Source of the DNA: Octopus sinensis
Taxonomy: Eukaryota
DNA: 64,000 nt
Direction: 5' to 3'
Assembly (NCBI RefSeq): GCF_006345805.1
Contig: NC_043010.1
Coordinates: 64,666,001-64,730,000, forward strand
Shown: positions 11,056 to 24,240 of the stretch, piece by piece
How the letters are laid out: every line of letters starts with the position of its first letter
How positions within the stretch are numbered: position 1 is the stretch's first letter
Notes under the pieces: model-generated
What the model was told of the DNA's origin: nothing
The model's input: the letters and a program-made list of their open reading frames with translations, nothing else
Database searches by the model: none
Position numbers and translations under genes: made by a program

Positions 11056-12439
11056 TGACTATTGAGTAATGTAACATATTATTGTATATATATATGTGTG
11101 TGTGTGGTGTTTGTGTGTTTGTGGTGTGTGTGTATGCATGTGTGTGTGTGCCTTAATTCTCCTCCCCTCTCAATCTAAGCCCCTTCCATATCCTTCCCTA
11201 TCCCACCACACCCCATCCCTTAACCCATTCCCACATACCCCACCTCTATCCCCATCCTTGCTTTCCCCACTCTTGTTCTCCCCACCTCCCAGTACCATCA
11301 CATCACACCACACACTACTACACCTTACACTACCATACCACACATCACCACTAAACACTTCCCAGACCACATTTTCACACCTACACATACGCACACGCAA
11401 ACGTCAAGATCACCAGCCCTCGTCCACACACATATACAAACTCTCTTATACCCACGCACGCGCACCTTCGTTTTGGGATCACCACTACTTAGTTATTATA
11501 CGATGACTGTAATATCATAAGAGAAGCAATCACTCTTATTAGGTCGCATCACGCCCTGTCCTGTTTCTAGAAATGCATGCACCTCACAGTCAGAGTAGGC
11601 GGCGTTGCGAGCTTATTTTTATACATTTGTGTGTTTGTGTGTATGCTTGCGTGCGCGAAAGTGCGTGTGTCTATTGATATATTCGAGTTTTATGTCCGTC
11701 TGATTTGTGTGGATATAATGGCAACATCGTTTTTTTTGCTCTCTTTCTCTATCTCTCTCTTCCCCGCTCACTCAATCCTCACACAGAGGTATACTCACAT
11801 ACAAGTTGTTCTCTTAATAATATCTCCTCGCTCTATCAACCTCCAATCAGATGAAGAGAAAATTGTGTTCGCTTTTCTCTTTGCGTTCTATTTCCTTTCC
11901 TCTTTCTCTAATTGTCTTGGATCCTGCATTTACCATTCTACCTCAATTTCTAGAATATATATTTCTTCCCTGATACTTCTCTTCAATCTTTGACATGTTT
12001 TGTACTTTTTATCATAGCAAGTCTTCATATACGTAGCACTGTACACTTTAAAAAATTTCTTTAATCCACTTCTGAAAGGGGTGGGCAGGTCCCTCAAACT
12101 CCTGATTTTTCATTTCTTGAAAATGTGCCGTGTGTATGTGTGTGTGTGTGTATGTGTGTGCATGTACGTGTGTATATGCGTATTAATAGAGGTTACAAAA
12201 GTGACAGAGGATGCTGACTAGCATCACTATTGATAGAAATACCAGTTAAAACAACTCAAGAGTCAGAAAATACTATCAAAATGACTGACGAAGGGAGATA
12301 AGCGTATATAGACGGATCGACAATTTCGGATTTTGGTGTAGACCATCTTAGCCCTCATCAGTGACACTTAACGCCTAGGATTAACCTTAACTACTTCTGT
12401 CAATTTTATATGAAAACTGTTGAAAATGTGCTAATTTTC

Positions 12440-13176
12440 AAAAAGGTAAAAGTTCGGTGTTTTGAATCGTATTCGGTGCTCTTTCTGCGAATCACCAATG
12501 ATCGTTTTCTTGATCGAATAGATACTTGTAACGAAAAGTGGATCCTTTATGATAACTGTAAATGATCAGGTCAATGTTTTGATCGTGATGAATCCCCCAA
12601 ACATTTCCCAAAGCCAAACTTGGATCAGCAAAACATTATGGTGACTGTCTCGTGGTCTGCAATTGGTGTTGTCCATTACAGCTTTCTGGAAGCAAATCAA
12701 AGCATTACAGCAGAGATTTACAGTAATCAACTCGCTGAAATGCATGCTCACTTGCAAAAAGTGAGACCTGCAATGGTGAATCGGCGTCGCCCAATTCTGC
12801 TCCGCGATAATGCAAAACCACATGTTGCAAGAATGACGCTGCAGAAACTCGCAGACTTGGGATACGAGACCTTACCACATCCTTCGTATTCTCCTGATCT
12901 TTCACCCACTGGCTACTATATTTTAAAGCATTTAAACATGTTTTTAAGTGATAAAACTTTCAGGTCCAAACCACAGGTGGAATCAGCTTTCAAAGTTTTC
13001 TTAGCATCGAAGCCGATAAGTTTTTCTCATCGAGGCATAAACTATCTCGTTGATCGATAGCAGAGATGCATACATGTTCACAGCTCAAACTTTGGCCAAT
13101 CAAAACATTTCTATGTTAATTTTTCCAGAATAAAATTATTTTTCTGAAATCGGCCATTATTTTCGGAACAACCTAA
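12440..13176 (+). mobile_element. 5'-truncated inactive mariner (DD34D) transposon
   Basis: RFLDRIDTCNEKWILYDN, LLRDNAKPH, HPSYSPDLSPTGY; first and third catalytic Asp replaced by N and G; right TIR ..ttattttcggaacaacctaa (reverse complement ttaggttgttccgaaaataat, mariner-like). Confidence 0.92.
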
Positions 13177-15324
13177 CGCACTCTGCCCACATAAAACCGT
13201 CTTTCTTTATTCCTTATTTTTTCCTTTATTTTCACTGTGTCTAATCCCACTAAAGAATTACCTTTTAATATAGGAAATTAGCCACTTGCCATACATATTT
13301 CAAATGTCTGAAAGACAATAGAAGTAATTGTCAATAACCTCTTCATTATAACGTCTCATCCACTTTCCTTCCTTCTCTCTCTCTCTCTCTCTCTCTCCCT
13401 TTTTTCTCGACTATTTCCCGGAAAATACCACTCCACTTACAATAGCTAAGTCACTTTAGTTTTAAGATTATTACATATACACATTTTATCAATCGCCTAG
13501 TATTGTTGATAAAATCTGGGGAAAATTGAACTTCAACTTAAAGCTACATAACCCATTTAGATCGTAAAGCACATTTCTATTTCACCATCCTTCTATGCGT
13601 ATATGTTTGCTATGTAAAACTGTTTTCCTAAACGAAAGAAATTTTTTATTACAATATTATTGCAATATATACTGCTTATACAATGCTGTAAGGTAGATGA
13701 ACGGAACAAATGTACATGTGGTGGGGTTTGCTGAGAATAATAGTGTTAGATGGTGAGAGAACAGGAGAGATTACTATTCCATTACTATTATCAGTCTTTC
13801 ATCATTTGTTTTCTTGAATAATTTGTTTTACCATTTGCGTTATTCTACTGTATAATGATGTTTCAAGACAAAAGACAAACATCGACGTTTATAGAAATAG
13901 ATAATTTTATTATTTTGTATGAGTGGACAGAGTTTATAATTATATCTTTATTGATACAGATTACAAAAAAGATTACACAATTATATTGCTTTTAACATAT
14001 AGACAACGTTGGTCATTAATGCTGATATTACGGAAGATTTCTTGTGAGTACCAAGCAAAATGTAGGTGACTGAATTAAGATATTATTGACTATTTTTTTC
14101 ATGATATAAACAACGATATTGACACCAACTTCATGTCTATGAATCGAGAAAGCAATGGTTGTAAATGAATGGAGAAGACATTAGCGATAAAGACAGAGCA
14201 ACATTTGACGTGTATGATCTGAGAGAAAAATACTCAGCATATGACTTTTGAAGAACGCTTGGGATATGAATCTAATCGGAGAGAATACAAACTGTATATA
14301 AATGCGATAGATATCAAGGGTGTTTGGATAGAGAATACAACAATTTTATACGTATTGATATGATAGCCGTAATGTTTCAATAGTCAGGGCACCATGGTAT
14401 ATGAAATAGGAAGACACCAGTGGTCTTTGAACTGAAGGACACCGTTAACTGAAATGGCAGCAACAGTATATGAAAGAAGCCACCAACCGTATACGAATAG
14501 AGGCAAGTGATATGGTAAATGAATTGAGATGATAGTGGTGGTATTGCAATTAAGAAGATAGCAGTTATAAACGAATTAGTTTCTTGTCTCTGTTTCGCAA
14601 TAATTGAAGGTTACTGCCTGAATTTCTGTGTCATGCGTTATATGGTATTAATAAAAATTAAAAGCCCGAATATGTTGATTAAATATATTAAGTAAAAAAA
14701 AGTAAGAATAAAGAAAATAGAAAAAACGTATTGAGAGATATAAAGAAGAAAATATTAAAAAATGGTGAGAAGAAAAGAGAGGCTGACTGTAAGAAATCAA
14801 ATAAGTAAAAATATATGCTGTGAGATATAAATTCTTTTTAAAAATTGGGATAAGGGAAATAACTCAAAAGGGTAAATGACCCGAAGTTAAGCGACGATTT
14901 ACTGAATGTCGTACACATACACAAGAAAAAGGAAAAGATTAATTATTCAATGAAATTTTCTTCCCAGTTGGAGACAGAGAAAAAAGAATTTATCAGCAAT
15001 TGTTGCGAAGTCTCAATCGAAAAAGAAAATCATTTCAAGAAATTAATTTTAATATTTCAAAGTTAATTGACTTCTCTAGGGGAGAGAAAAATAAACGGTT
15101 ATCTGTAGGCAAGAATAAACATCTTTTGGCTTTTCAAAAACCATAAATTCAGTGAAATTTTTTTAAGGCTGTACCGGATAAATTTTGGTCATTGTAATTA
15201 GCATAATGTATTATCACAGAACTATGTCACATAGTTGGCCTGTATGTGCAAACAAAGATGAATTTTCAATATTTACTTCAACAAAAGGTGAGACGATGTT
15301 TCCTTTTAACATTATTATTAGTTT

Positions 15325-15455
15325 TAAGGCAGCGAGCTGGCAGAATCGTAGCACGCCGGACCAAATGCTTAACGGCATTTCGTCTGCCGCTACGTTCTGA
15401 GTTCAAATTCCGTCAGGGTTGACTTTGTCTCAGGGTCAATAATTTAACTACCAGT
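15325..15455 (+). mobile_element. tRNA-derived SINE, truncated
   Basis: ggcagcgagctggcagaatcgtagcacgccgg..gagttcaaattcc (A/B-box-like); family repeated at 16716, 16945, 17420. Confidence 0.85.
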
Positions 15456-15627
15456 TTCTTGAAAATGTTTCCATTCCCTTTGAGAGATACAAGCAATTGC
15501 CGCTAACCTTTGGTTTTCTTTATCCAAAAAGGAAATAATTTTTTTTGCATACATCGCCGCTTAACTCATAACATGTAACATCTATAATGTGGGTACTATA
15601 AAAACATTCACACCATCCACCCATGTA

Positions 15628-15705
15628 TCACTGTACGAAATTTGAGTATAAAATCGATTCTTTTTGCAAGTATTCAGCAACTTCCCAAATGTAAGCGTAG
15701 GACTC
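15628..15705 (-). CDS. Receptor PTP, terminal coding exon (end of D2)
   Basis: ttctttggcag|ESYAYIWEVAEYLQKESILYSNFVQ*; phase 0; resembles the EQY.F.Y..EYL..Y tail of RPTPs. Confidence 0.8.
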   Translation of the reverse strand, partial: ESYAYIWEVAEYLQKESILYSNFVQ

Positions 15706-16390
15706 CTGCCAAAGAAAGAATTATTAAATACATGAATGAAATGGTTATTAAATTAGTAAATATATGAATGAAATGAATTGAAATCACTTAATACCTAATT
15801 ATTTGTTTTACCGTATCCTTTGCAATGTTTTTATTCATTTTCAATAATGTCAAGATTAAAATAACAATAATATATAAATTTCATATAGTTTTATGTAAAT
15901 TTCTTAACCCTATGGTCACCTACTGGTTACTGTATGTTACCGACTGAATATTATTAAATAAGAATAAATTCCATTGGTACACTGCTGAATATGTTTATCT
16001 AAATTGAGAGAAACATTTACCTACCATTAACTCTAATGCAATTTCTCCAGAAGTTTAGATATGTAATATGTCAAGATAATAGCGTTACTCGAGGTTTAAA
16101 ATTTTCTAGAGTAACAAGGGAAATGTTTCACTCCTTTCAATACTGAAGTCTACTAATCAAATCCATCCACATATGTGCAATTCAGTACTCCGTAAGTTTC
16201 CAGTGTAGGTTAATGAAAGAAATCATCTGATACTTAACCAAATATTCGTTAGCATATCGATGATCTTCGAAACAATTTTCAGAAAAGTGTTAAAATAACT
16301 GTAAAAATTTGAACGACGGATTTTATCCCTGATATTTAGTAAAGACTTGGTTGAAGCACATAAAAGTGAGAAAAATGTTGCTATACTTAC

Positions 16391-16526
16391 ACAGTCAGGT
16401 ATAATATTTGGTTCTATTTTCTTGATCAGTCGAACTAACCGTACTATGTTGATTACTGACTGACTGGTTATTGCATCTTTTAAAATGTGAATGATGCACA
16501 GCAAACCACTTTTGTGAAACTTGTCA
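16391..16526 (-). CDS. Receptor PTP D2 exon (degenerate P-loop to Q-loop)
   Basis: 136 bp, phase 2 to 0, same size as the D1 counterpart; (S)DKFHKSGLLCIIHILKDAITSQSVINIVRLVRLIKKIEPNIIPDC|gtaagt. Confidence 0.85.
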
Positions 16527-16715
16527 CTTTACAGGAAAAAAGAGAAGAAATATGTGAATAATAGATCTTACTAAAAATATGATTTCTGACAAAATTTCTT
16601 ACCAACATTCAATTATTTTAGTGATATGAACATGGAATTTTTTGACATTATGTGTAAATGTTCCGTAAAAAAATTTTCAATATTTACTCCAAAAAAAGAG
16701 ACATTATTATTAGTT

Positions 16716-16930
16716 TTAAGGTGGAGAGCTGGCAGAATCGTTAGCACGCCGGATGAAATGCTAGCGATATATCGTCTGCCGCTGCGTTTTGAGTTCAAAT
16801 TCCGCCGAGGTCGACTTTGCTTTTCCTCCTTTCGGGGTCGATAAATTAAGTACCAATTGAGTACTGGGGTCGACGTAACCGACTAGACCCCCGCGTTCAA
16901 AATTCCAGACTTTGTGCCCATAGTAGAAAG
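16716..16930 (+). mobile_element. tRNA-derived SINE
   Basis: Near full-length copy: gagctggcagaatcgttagcacgccgg..ggggtcgataaattaagtacc.. Confidence 0.9.
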
Positions 16931-16944
16931 GATTATTATAAGTT

Positions 16945-17165
16945 TTAAGGCAACGAGCTAGCAGAAACGTTAGCATGCCGGGTAAAATGCTTAGCGGCAT
17001 TTCGTCTGCCTTTACGTTCTGAGTTCAAATTCCACAGAGGTTGACTTTGCCTTTCATCCTTTCAGAGATGATAAATTAAGTGTCTGTGAAACACTGTGGT
17101 TGATGTAATCCACTTATCTCCTCCCCAAAATGGCTGCCCTTGTGGCGAAATTTGAAACCGTTCTT
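16945..17165 (+). mobile_element. tRNA-derived SINE
   Basis: Same family, directly after the previous copy. Confidence 0.9.
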
Positions 17166-17174
17166 CTTCTTCTT

Positions 17175-17290
17175 TTATTATTATTATTATTATTAGTAGT
17201 AGTAGTAGTAGTAGTCACAGCAGCAGCAGTAGTAGAGTAGTAGTAGTAGTAGTAGTCGCAGCAGCAGTAGTAGTAGTAGTAGTAGTAGTC

Positions 17291-17321
<31 letters not shown>

Positions 17322-17336
17322 CAGTAGTAGTAGTAT

Positions 17337-17375
<39 letters not shown>

Positions 17376-17382
17376 CAGCAGC

Positions 17383-17419
<37 letters not shown>

Positions 17420-17420
17420 A
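17175..17420. repeat. (TTA)n then (AGT)n/(AGC) trinucleotide microsatellite
   Basis: Direct reading; source of the poly-Thr ORF. Confidence 0.95.
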
Positions 17421-17580
17421 GCAGCGGACTGGCAGAATCCTTAGCGTGCCGGGTTAAATGCTTAACGGCATTGCATCCATTTGTCTGCTCTGAGTTCATA
17501 TTCTTCCATAGTCCACTTTGTCTTTCATCCTCTCTGGGCCGATAAATTAAGTGCCAGTGAAACACTGGGGTCGATCTAAG
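17420..17580 (+). mobile_element. tRNA-derived SINE, diverged
   Basis: Same family; gccgataaattaagtgccagtgaaacactggggtcgat. Confidence 0.85.
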
Positions 17581-17879
17581 AAGACTCGAAAGTGCATATT
17601 CTCAGAAAATATTCTGAATCTGTTTTATTTTCACATCTCAGAATGTATGAGGAGCAATATGTTCGCGGGTTATTAACATCATCTTATTTCAACAGTAAGT
17701 CTGTCTTTGTCATGTTCAAAATAGGAAGTGATAAAAATTAAAATTACAGAAATTTAAACGTTAAGTATGAATGAGAGCAACCAGCGTCCACACATTGATG
17801 GAAGGACATCATCAGTTTTTAAGTTACAATTTTATAACAGGCGAAAAGAAAAAGACAGAAAAAATAAGACGACAGAAGG

Positions 17880-17989
17880 AAAGGAAAGAAAAAGAGAGGA
17901 AGAAGAATATTTAATCAAACATTTTTGTATAAATTTGATGATAATAATGTTTGATTAAATATTCTTCTTCCTCTCTTTTTCTTTCCTTT
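17880..17989. repeat. Perfect 44-bp inverted repeat with 22-nt spacer
   Basis: 17880-17923 aaaggaaagaaaaagagaggaagaagaatatttaatcaaacatt is the exact reverse complement of 17946-17989. Confidence 0.97.
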
Positions 17990-18708
17990 TCTCATTCTTA
18001 ATATTATATTTGAATCTGATCTTTGGACTTCATAATAGTAACTCTGGACATGTTTCAATATAGTTAGACCTGCTTAGAGAAACGAAGATATTTTCAGAAC
18101 TAAGGGTATTGAATAACTATAACTTTAAAAAATGTACACCTATTGGGGTGACAATTCAGTATAATGACTGAGGCAAACTACCTAGGGACGCCATCCAAAT
18201 GACACATAATACATAACTTCCAATGTATTTCATTATGATTGCAGAGAATTTTGCTTAATTGTAATTTTCCTTAAAATGAGGAGAAAAGAGAAGCTCAATG
18301 GATAAAGTTAGTGACAGTTGGTTTGGAAAATGTTTGTAACTGCAAGAAACAAGCATAATAGGCAAGTAAACAATCACAGAAACGGCCAGAGAGTCTTATA
18401 GAGAGCCACATGGACAAGCTGATAAATAACGACGTAGACGAGGTTCGTATACTTAGGCATATCCGTCATTTTTCTATATGTCCCCTCGTATAATCTATAT
18501 ATCGACTACATTCTATAATTGGTATATAGGTTACCTTGCATGACAGATTGTTTTTTTTAACGGCGGTGCATCAGCATGACCGCAGCTCTGAGCTGAACCA
18601 AAAAAGAAATATCATACCTATACCTGCCACATTGGGTGTAATCTTTCGATGTTCTTTTATGGGGTCGTATAACTGCCTTTGCAACAATTAATCAATATTC
18701 TTACTTAC

Positions 18709-18860
18709 CTTGAGTGTATGGCAAATTTTTTATTGAACTGCTCGTTTTGATGGGTTCTTAGCATGTTACTTAGTTTTAAAACATCGGCACATGATGGATA
18801 ATTTTCATCCACCCATATGGTAACCAGGAAGTGACTGATCTCATATTCTTCGATCCTCGA
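18709..18860 (-). CDS. Receptor PTP D2 exon (WPD-equivalent loop to signature His)
   Basis: attatag|SRIEEYEISHFLVTIWVDENYPSCADVLKLSNMLRTHQNEQFNKKFAIHS+ag|gtaagt; 152 bp, phase 0 to 2. Confidence 0.85.
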
Positions 18861-19157
18861 CTATAATATGAAAACAGAAATAATGAACATAATGTGAATC
18901 AAAGCCGAAAGAAAATGCTTAGGTTATATTTTCTGGTTTGGTTAAGTCGCATTTGTTAGAGTTTGATTAAAACCGAATAGATTAAACCGCATTTGTTAGA
19001 GAATGTGAGGAATGAAAGGCCAATGATAATAGAGTTATAGGTAGTTGTAAGTTATGATTACCAATCAGCTTATTGAATGCTATATAATAGTTCAATAACA
19101 TAAGTTTACTAGATTATTGTATTTATCCTTAATAATGATGATGATGATGATGATAAT

Positions 19158-22100
19158 ATCAGCTGCGGAGCACTGAATACTGGGTTTAGTGTCCAGAGCA
19201 GGATAGCCTACTTAAACTTCTCAGGGAAGAAGGGCCCCTTTTAGTTTTTTTATACAAGCCCCTCTAGAGATGGTGTCTCAATAAAAATACTGCTGGTTGC
19301 GACACGTTATCAAGACTTTCCTCTGCATGAGAGTGTGTAATAGAATTAACCTAAACAAAAATGTAAATGAGGACGGAAATACAAGTGACGGAATTTCGCC
19401 CAGCAGGTGCCCTGTGAGTGAGCAACACAGAACCGGTCGTCATTATACGTTTGCTGGAACAAAATGGTCTAAGACGATGAATATAGACTTCATGGAATGT
19501 TATTTTTTTAATAGACCTAGTGATAATGAAGGGAGCTCCATCAGAGGATATAGAAAAAGAGTGCATAAATTATGGATGGAGAAGCAGGGGTCAACATTAC
19601 GAAACAGAGACTCTGTGACCATGCAAGAGCAATGAAATGAAAGGATGGCTGACAGTACTAGAGCTTGATGAGATTAGGAGGTGGGTGATAACCAAAAACA
19701 TGGGGAGCGATGCAAAAGTAGATACAAAGAATGCTGACGATGCTGCACTTAATGAGAGTAACCGAGAGAAGTATAATGTTTCCAGCCCTGAGTGTAGAGA
19801 AAGACTAAATAATGAAGACAAGAGAATGATTGAAGAAATTACCAGTATCATTGAGGAAAACCTGGATATAGAAATAAGTGGATTCAGGAATGTAGATAGA
19901 AATTTGCTCAGACGGTGGACCCTTAAGGTGAATAAAATACTGAAAGAAATCAAGACGAATAATATAACCGGAATGAATATATTGATTAAAGCTTGCATCA
20001 TCTATATAGGAAATTCAGTAGGCCTCGAACCAAACCGTAAATGTGGGAACGAAGGAAAAGAACATTGGTGGAAAAGAAGAATAAAATAATCAATGAACTA
20101 ACTGTGAAGAAATATCAACATCTTGTAACGAAAGAAAAACAAAAGTGAAATCAAGAGGGAAAAGAAATATGAGAAGCTAAAGCATAGATATGGGATAAAG
20201 AAAAAGGAGCTAAACGAAATCCTTGAAGAGCTGGAACTAAGAATGCAGGCTAAAGCAACAAAGAGCAAGAGATATGACCAAAGAATTGAACAATATAAAA
20301 TCAACAGATCGTTCCAACGGGAGAGAAAAAGGGTTTATCAACAGCTAAATGGAAAGGTTTACAGCAGTGAAAGCCCAGACGCTGAATAAAGTAAAAGGTC
20401 TTAGAGTAACATCTGGGATAATGGAAGAAATCATAACAAAGTTGCTAAATGGTTGAAGGAATTAAGGTCGGAAAAATATGAAGTGAAGCAGCACTATAAG
20501 AATAACGACTGAAACGGTAACCGGACAGACAACAAAGATCCCAAACTGAAAGTGCCCAGGACTAGATGGGAAACAAAGATATTGGCTGCAAAATTTCCCA
20601 GCACTACACAGAAGAGTAGCCATGCAAATGGATAAGATGATCAACAACGGTGTACAAATCCCAAAGTGGCTGACCAAATGTAAAACAATTCTTTGCCAAA
20701 AGGATCCCAGAAAAAGCAATGCAGTTGATAGTTACCTGTCTGCCCCTGGTGAGGACGCAGATGACAGGAATAATACCTAATTATGTGCATAACTGCATGG
20801 AAATGAATGACAAAATGCCAGTGGAGCAGAAAGGATGCAGAAAGAAAAGCCGAGAGACAAAGAACTAACTTCTGATAGATAGAATGGTACTGAGCGACTG
20901 CAAGAAAAGATTTACTAATCTGGGCATGGTGTGGATTGAGTATACGAAAGCGTATGACATGGTCCCCCATTCCTAGATTTTAGAAAGTCTTGAACTACTA
21001 CAGGTGTCTGATAATATATCAAATTATATTAGGAGGTCAAGGAAAACTGGAATGAAAAGTTAACTTCATGTGGAAAACGTTTGGCGACGGGTAACGTCAA
21101 GAGAGGCATATTTCAAGGAGATGACCTACCATCATTCCTTTTTGTGATTTGTATGATACCCTTCACATAGATACTATGGTAAGTGACATCAGGATACACC
21201 TTTAAAGGGGAGGAAAATTAAATCATCTGTTATATATATGGATGATTTAAAGATCTTTGGAAAGACCGAACGTCAAATAAACGACCTAGTTTCAACGGCG
21301 CAGATATTCAGTAAGGATATCGGAATGGAATTTGGGGCTAAAAAGTATGGTATGCTTATAATGCAAAGAGGCAAGTAATCCGTCTGATGATGTAGAACTC
21401 CCCACCGGCGAGAAAATGATATTGAGACTAATGGCTATAAATAATCCGGGGATTTTAAAATACAACAAAATCAAGGAAAGTGAAATGAAGGAAAGCTTTA
21501 GGTAAGAATATCTCAAGTTAATTATGGAAAGTAGACTCAATGGAAAAAATTAAAATCGGGGTAATGAACACAAGACACAAAGAGATACGGCTCAGGTGAT
21601 GTTAGGTGGATAAAGAATGATCTTGATGAAATAGACAGTAAAACCAGGAAAGTGATGACAACAAGGAACTATACCCCAAAAGCAATAATGATAGAGTGTA
21701 TGTGCCTAGAAACAGAAGGAAGAAGTCTCATAGGATACAAGACCTGTGTTATCAACGAGATGGGATGGTACATCAATCAGCAAAGTGAATTCTTGCTTGC
21801 CGCTGTTAGAATTAACAATATAATACCTACCGAAAATTTATGAAGCAAGATGAAGAAGAAAGTGTAAACAACTGGAAAATGTAACAACCACATGGGCAAT
21901 ACTTCAGGGAAATCGAAAGAAAAAAAAGATCCACCCTTAGAGATGGTTAAGGAAAAGTGATCTGCAGCAAGGCGGAGCGAAACAATTACTTTTTGCACAG
22001 ATTTTTGAAACATACTTTTATTACGAAATCCATCCATTAAAACAGTTGTGTTAAAATCTGATATTCTTAAAATTACGACTTTACAATGGCACATTTTTTC

Positions 22101-23695
22101 CTACTTTTTACAGATTGCAGTAATGCTTGATAAATGTTTAAGATTTTCGGCTTAACTGACTCAATCGTAACTTAAAGGATAGATGCCTTTTGCCAAAGAA
22201 GAATGATTTTTGCTGCTACAATCTTGACAATTTATTTAATACAAGGAGCTTTCTTAACTACATTCTTTTCGTTTTCTAGTTCAAATAAAACACATTTTAG
22301 TACTTCTTTCTAAGTTAGCAAAACTCGCTCGCTAAGATCACATGGAGTAACAAATATTGGGCATTCAGTATAATGACGCGTTATTGGCATATGAGTCATC
22401 ACTAAATGTAAAATACACTGAATTTCACATGATCATCAATTTTAACAGAATGGCCTAAAGTCAAGGTACAAAGCAGAAAACTTCACACACGTACGACCTA
22501 CGTCCACACGCAAGGACCGTTGCAGCGGCACTGAAGAGAAGTTCACACTCCCGTTCTCTTTATAGTCAAAGAACATCAAAAGATTATTCAATTGTATTGA
22601 AACTTGGTATGCAACCTGTTAAGGATACAATATTTACTGTTTTGCATTCAGCTATGTAGAAATATGTATTCGTTGCGACTTGTAATCTATGAAATCCAAA
22701 ATTATACCAAATAATGCGATTTTTTAAAAATTTTCAATTGCGTTACGGAGCCTGAAAACAATATTTAACCTCAAAGTTCTTTATACGCTTTTCCGCTTTT
22801 CTTTTAACCCTAATTCAGAACAAAATATCGATTCTTGATTACCTATTCCGAAAGTTGCATTTTTCACTCCACCTTAATATGCATCACCCTTGAACAAGCT
22901 GAGAACTAATTACATCAAGTTCCAAATATATAAGATTAGCGAATCGCCTCTTTTGTAGGATGTGTAGCAGCAGAAAAGAAACAATCTCACATATTGTTAG
23001 TTAGTTTAGCAAGCTGACCGAAAAGCACTACAACTGGAGGCACGATAATGTAGCTAAGTTCGTCTGCTGGAGGAGATGTGAGAATAAGGCCTGAACAGAG
23101 TACGGAAATGGTACGAACATGTACCAGAAGGAGTCACCACCGAGAACAATGGACATAAGATACTGGGAAATTTTATAATCCAATGTGACTCCCTAATTGA
23201 GCCTCGGAGATTAGATATTGTTGTGGTAGATAAAGGAAAAAAGGAAACCAAGGTTATAGATATTGCAATACCTGGAGATGCATTCATAAATGGCGTAGAA
23301 CTAGAAAAGATTGAAAACTACAGACTACGAACAGACGAAACTTCAAGAATGTAGACTATGAAGAGAGTGTCTCTCATTCCAATATTTGTAGGGGCACTCG
23401 GAGCACTACCAACCAAGTTAGAGAAACATGTCAAAGAAATCGGAATTGAGATGAGAGCAGAGCAATCCCCAAACACCGCTCATTTAAACTGTGGTACTAG
23501 GATGTTAAATTCTCCCACGATAGTTAACAATTAAGTACCACAACTTAAATGTGTGGAAAGGGACCCTGTGACACCTCTGACAGCAGGCTGCTATCCACTC
23601 TCACAGAAGCTACCAGAACAAACAAGACCGAAAGTTCCGAGAAGTAAACAAAAACCAAAAAGAACAATAGCAACAACAACAATAATGATAATGAC
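19158..23695 (+). mobile_element. Near full-length decayed R4/Dong-like LINE
   Basis: N-terminal MECYF..RGYRKRVHKLW; RT EQKGCRK, KAYDMVPH, IFQGD, YMDDLK; LCRMC..ETISHI; RLE RRLDIVVVDK..KVIDIAIP; (GAT)n and (AAC/AAT)n flanks. Confidence 0.9.
21971..22873. mobile_element. Non-autonomous DNA transposon (Kolobok-like MITE) inserted in the LINE
   Basis: Termini gg(c/t)ggagcgaaa.. and ..tttcactccacc followed by TTAA; LINE coding resumes tta ata tgc; left TSD not intact. Confidence 0.6.
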
Positions 23696-23729
23696 GAGCA
23701 ACTACGGAGCAGTAATTGTAAAACAGTTC

Positions 23730-24240
23730 AGTGATGACATCAAATGGAATTTGCCTTAGATAAATGTGCACAAGCTACTTTTATTAGAGGGAAAATTACT
23801 GAAACATCCATCATTAAACTTGACCAAGAGAATATCATAAAGGAGTTAGAATTAGAGGGGACTAAAAACATCTAGGGGTGCTTGAAGATTATGCAATTAA
23901 ACATTCAATGATGAAGGAAAATATCAGGAAAGTGTTATCGAAAGGTAAGGGCAATGCTCGATACAGAGCTGATGAAAGAAACAAGAGAGAAACGATCAAA
24001 ACATGAACCGGATAGGAAATTAATTACAGTTTCAATATTAATTTATTGAAATATGTAAGCTTGACAGAAAAATAAGCAAAGTTTACAATGAAAAGAATGC
24101 ACAACCCTAAGGCAGATGTAGAAAACTTTACTTGCCAAGAAAAGAAGGTGGCCGTGGACTCTGACAACTGCAATTGACAATGAAGGTTTACACAATTGGC
24201 CTAAAAAGTTGCCTGAAAATTTCTGATGTGTGAATGCTAA
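23730..24240 (+). mobile_element. Second decayed R4/Dong-like RT fragment
   Basis: ctttacttgccaagaaaagaaggtggccgtggactc = LYLPRKEGGRGL. Confidence 0.7.

Larger units (their letters stand above)
9338..11070 (+). mobile_element. 5'-truncated Penelope-like retroelement (RT, GIY-YIG, 3' pseudo-LTR with hammerhead)
   Basis: RT ORF, GIY-YIG ORF and hammerhead fold in the canonical order; thumb region deleted or frameshifted. Confidence 0.92.

Noticed and set aside
12309-12367. Minus-strand CTGATGA..GAAA hammerhead-like motif
   Set aside because: Core is present but stem I does not pair and stem II is weak; at most a relic
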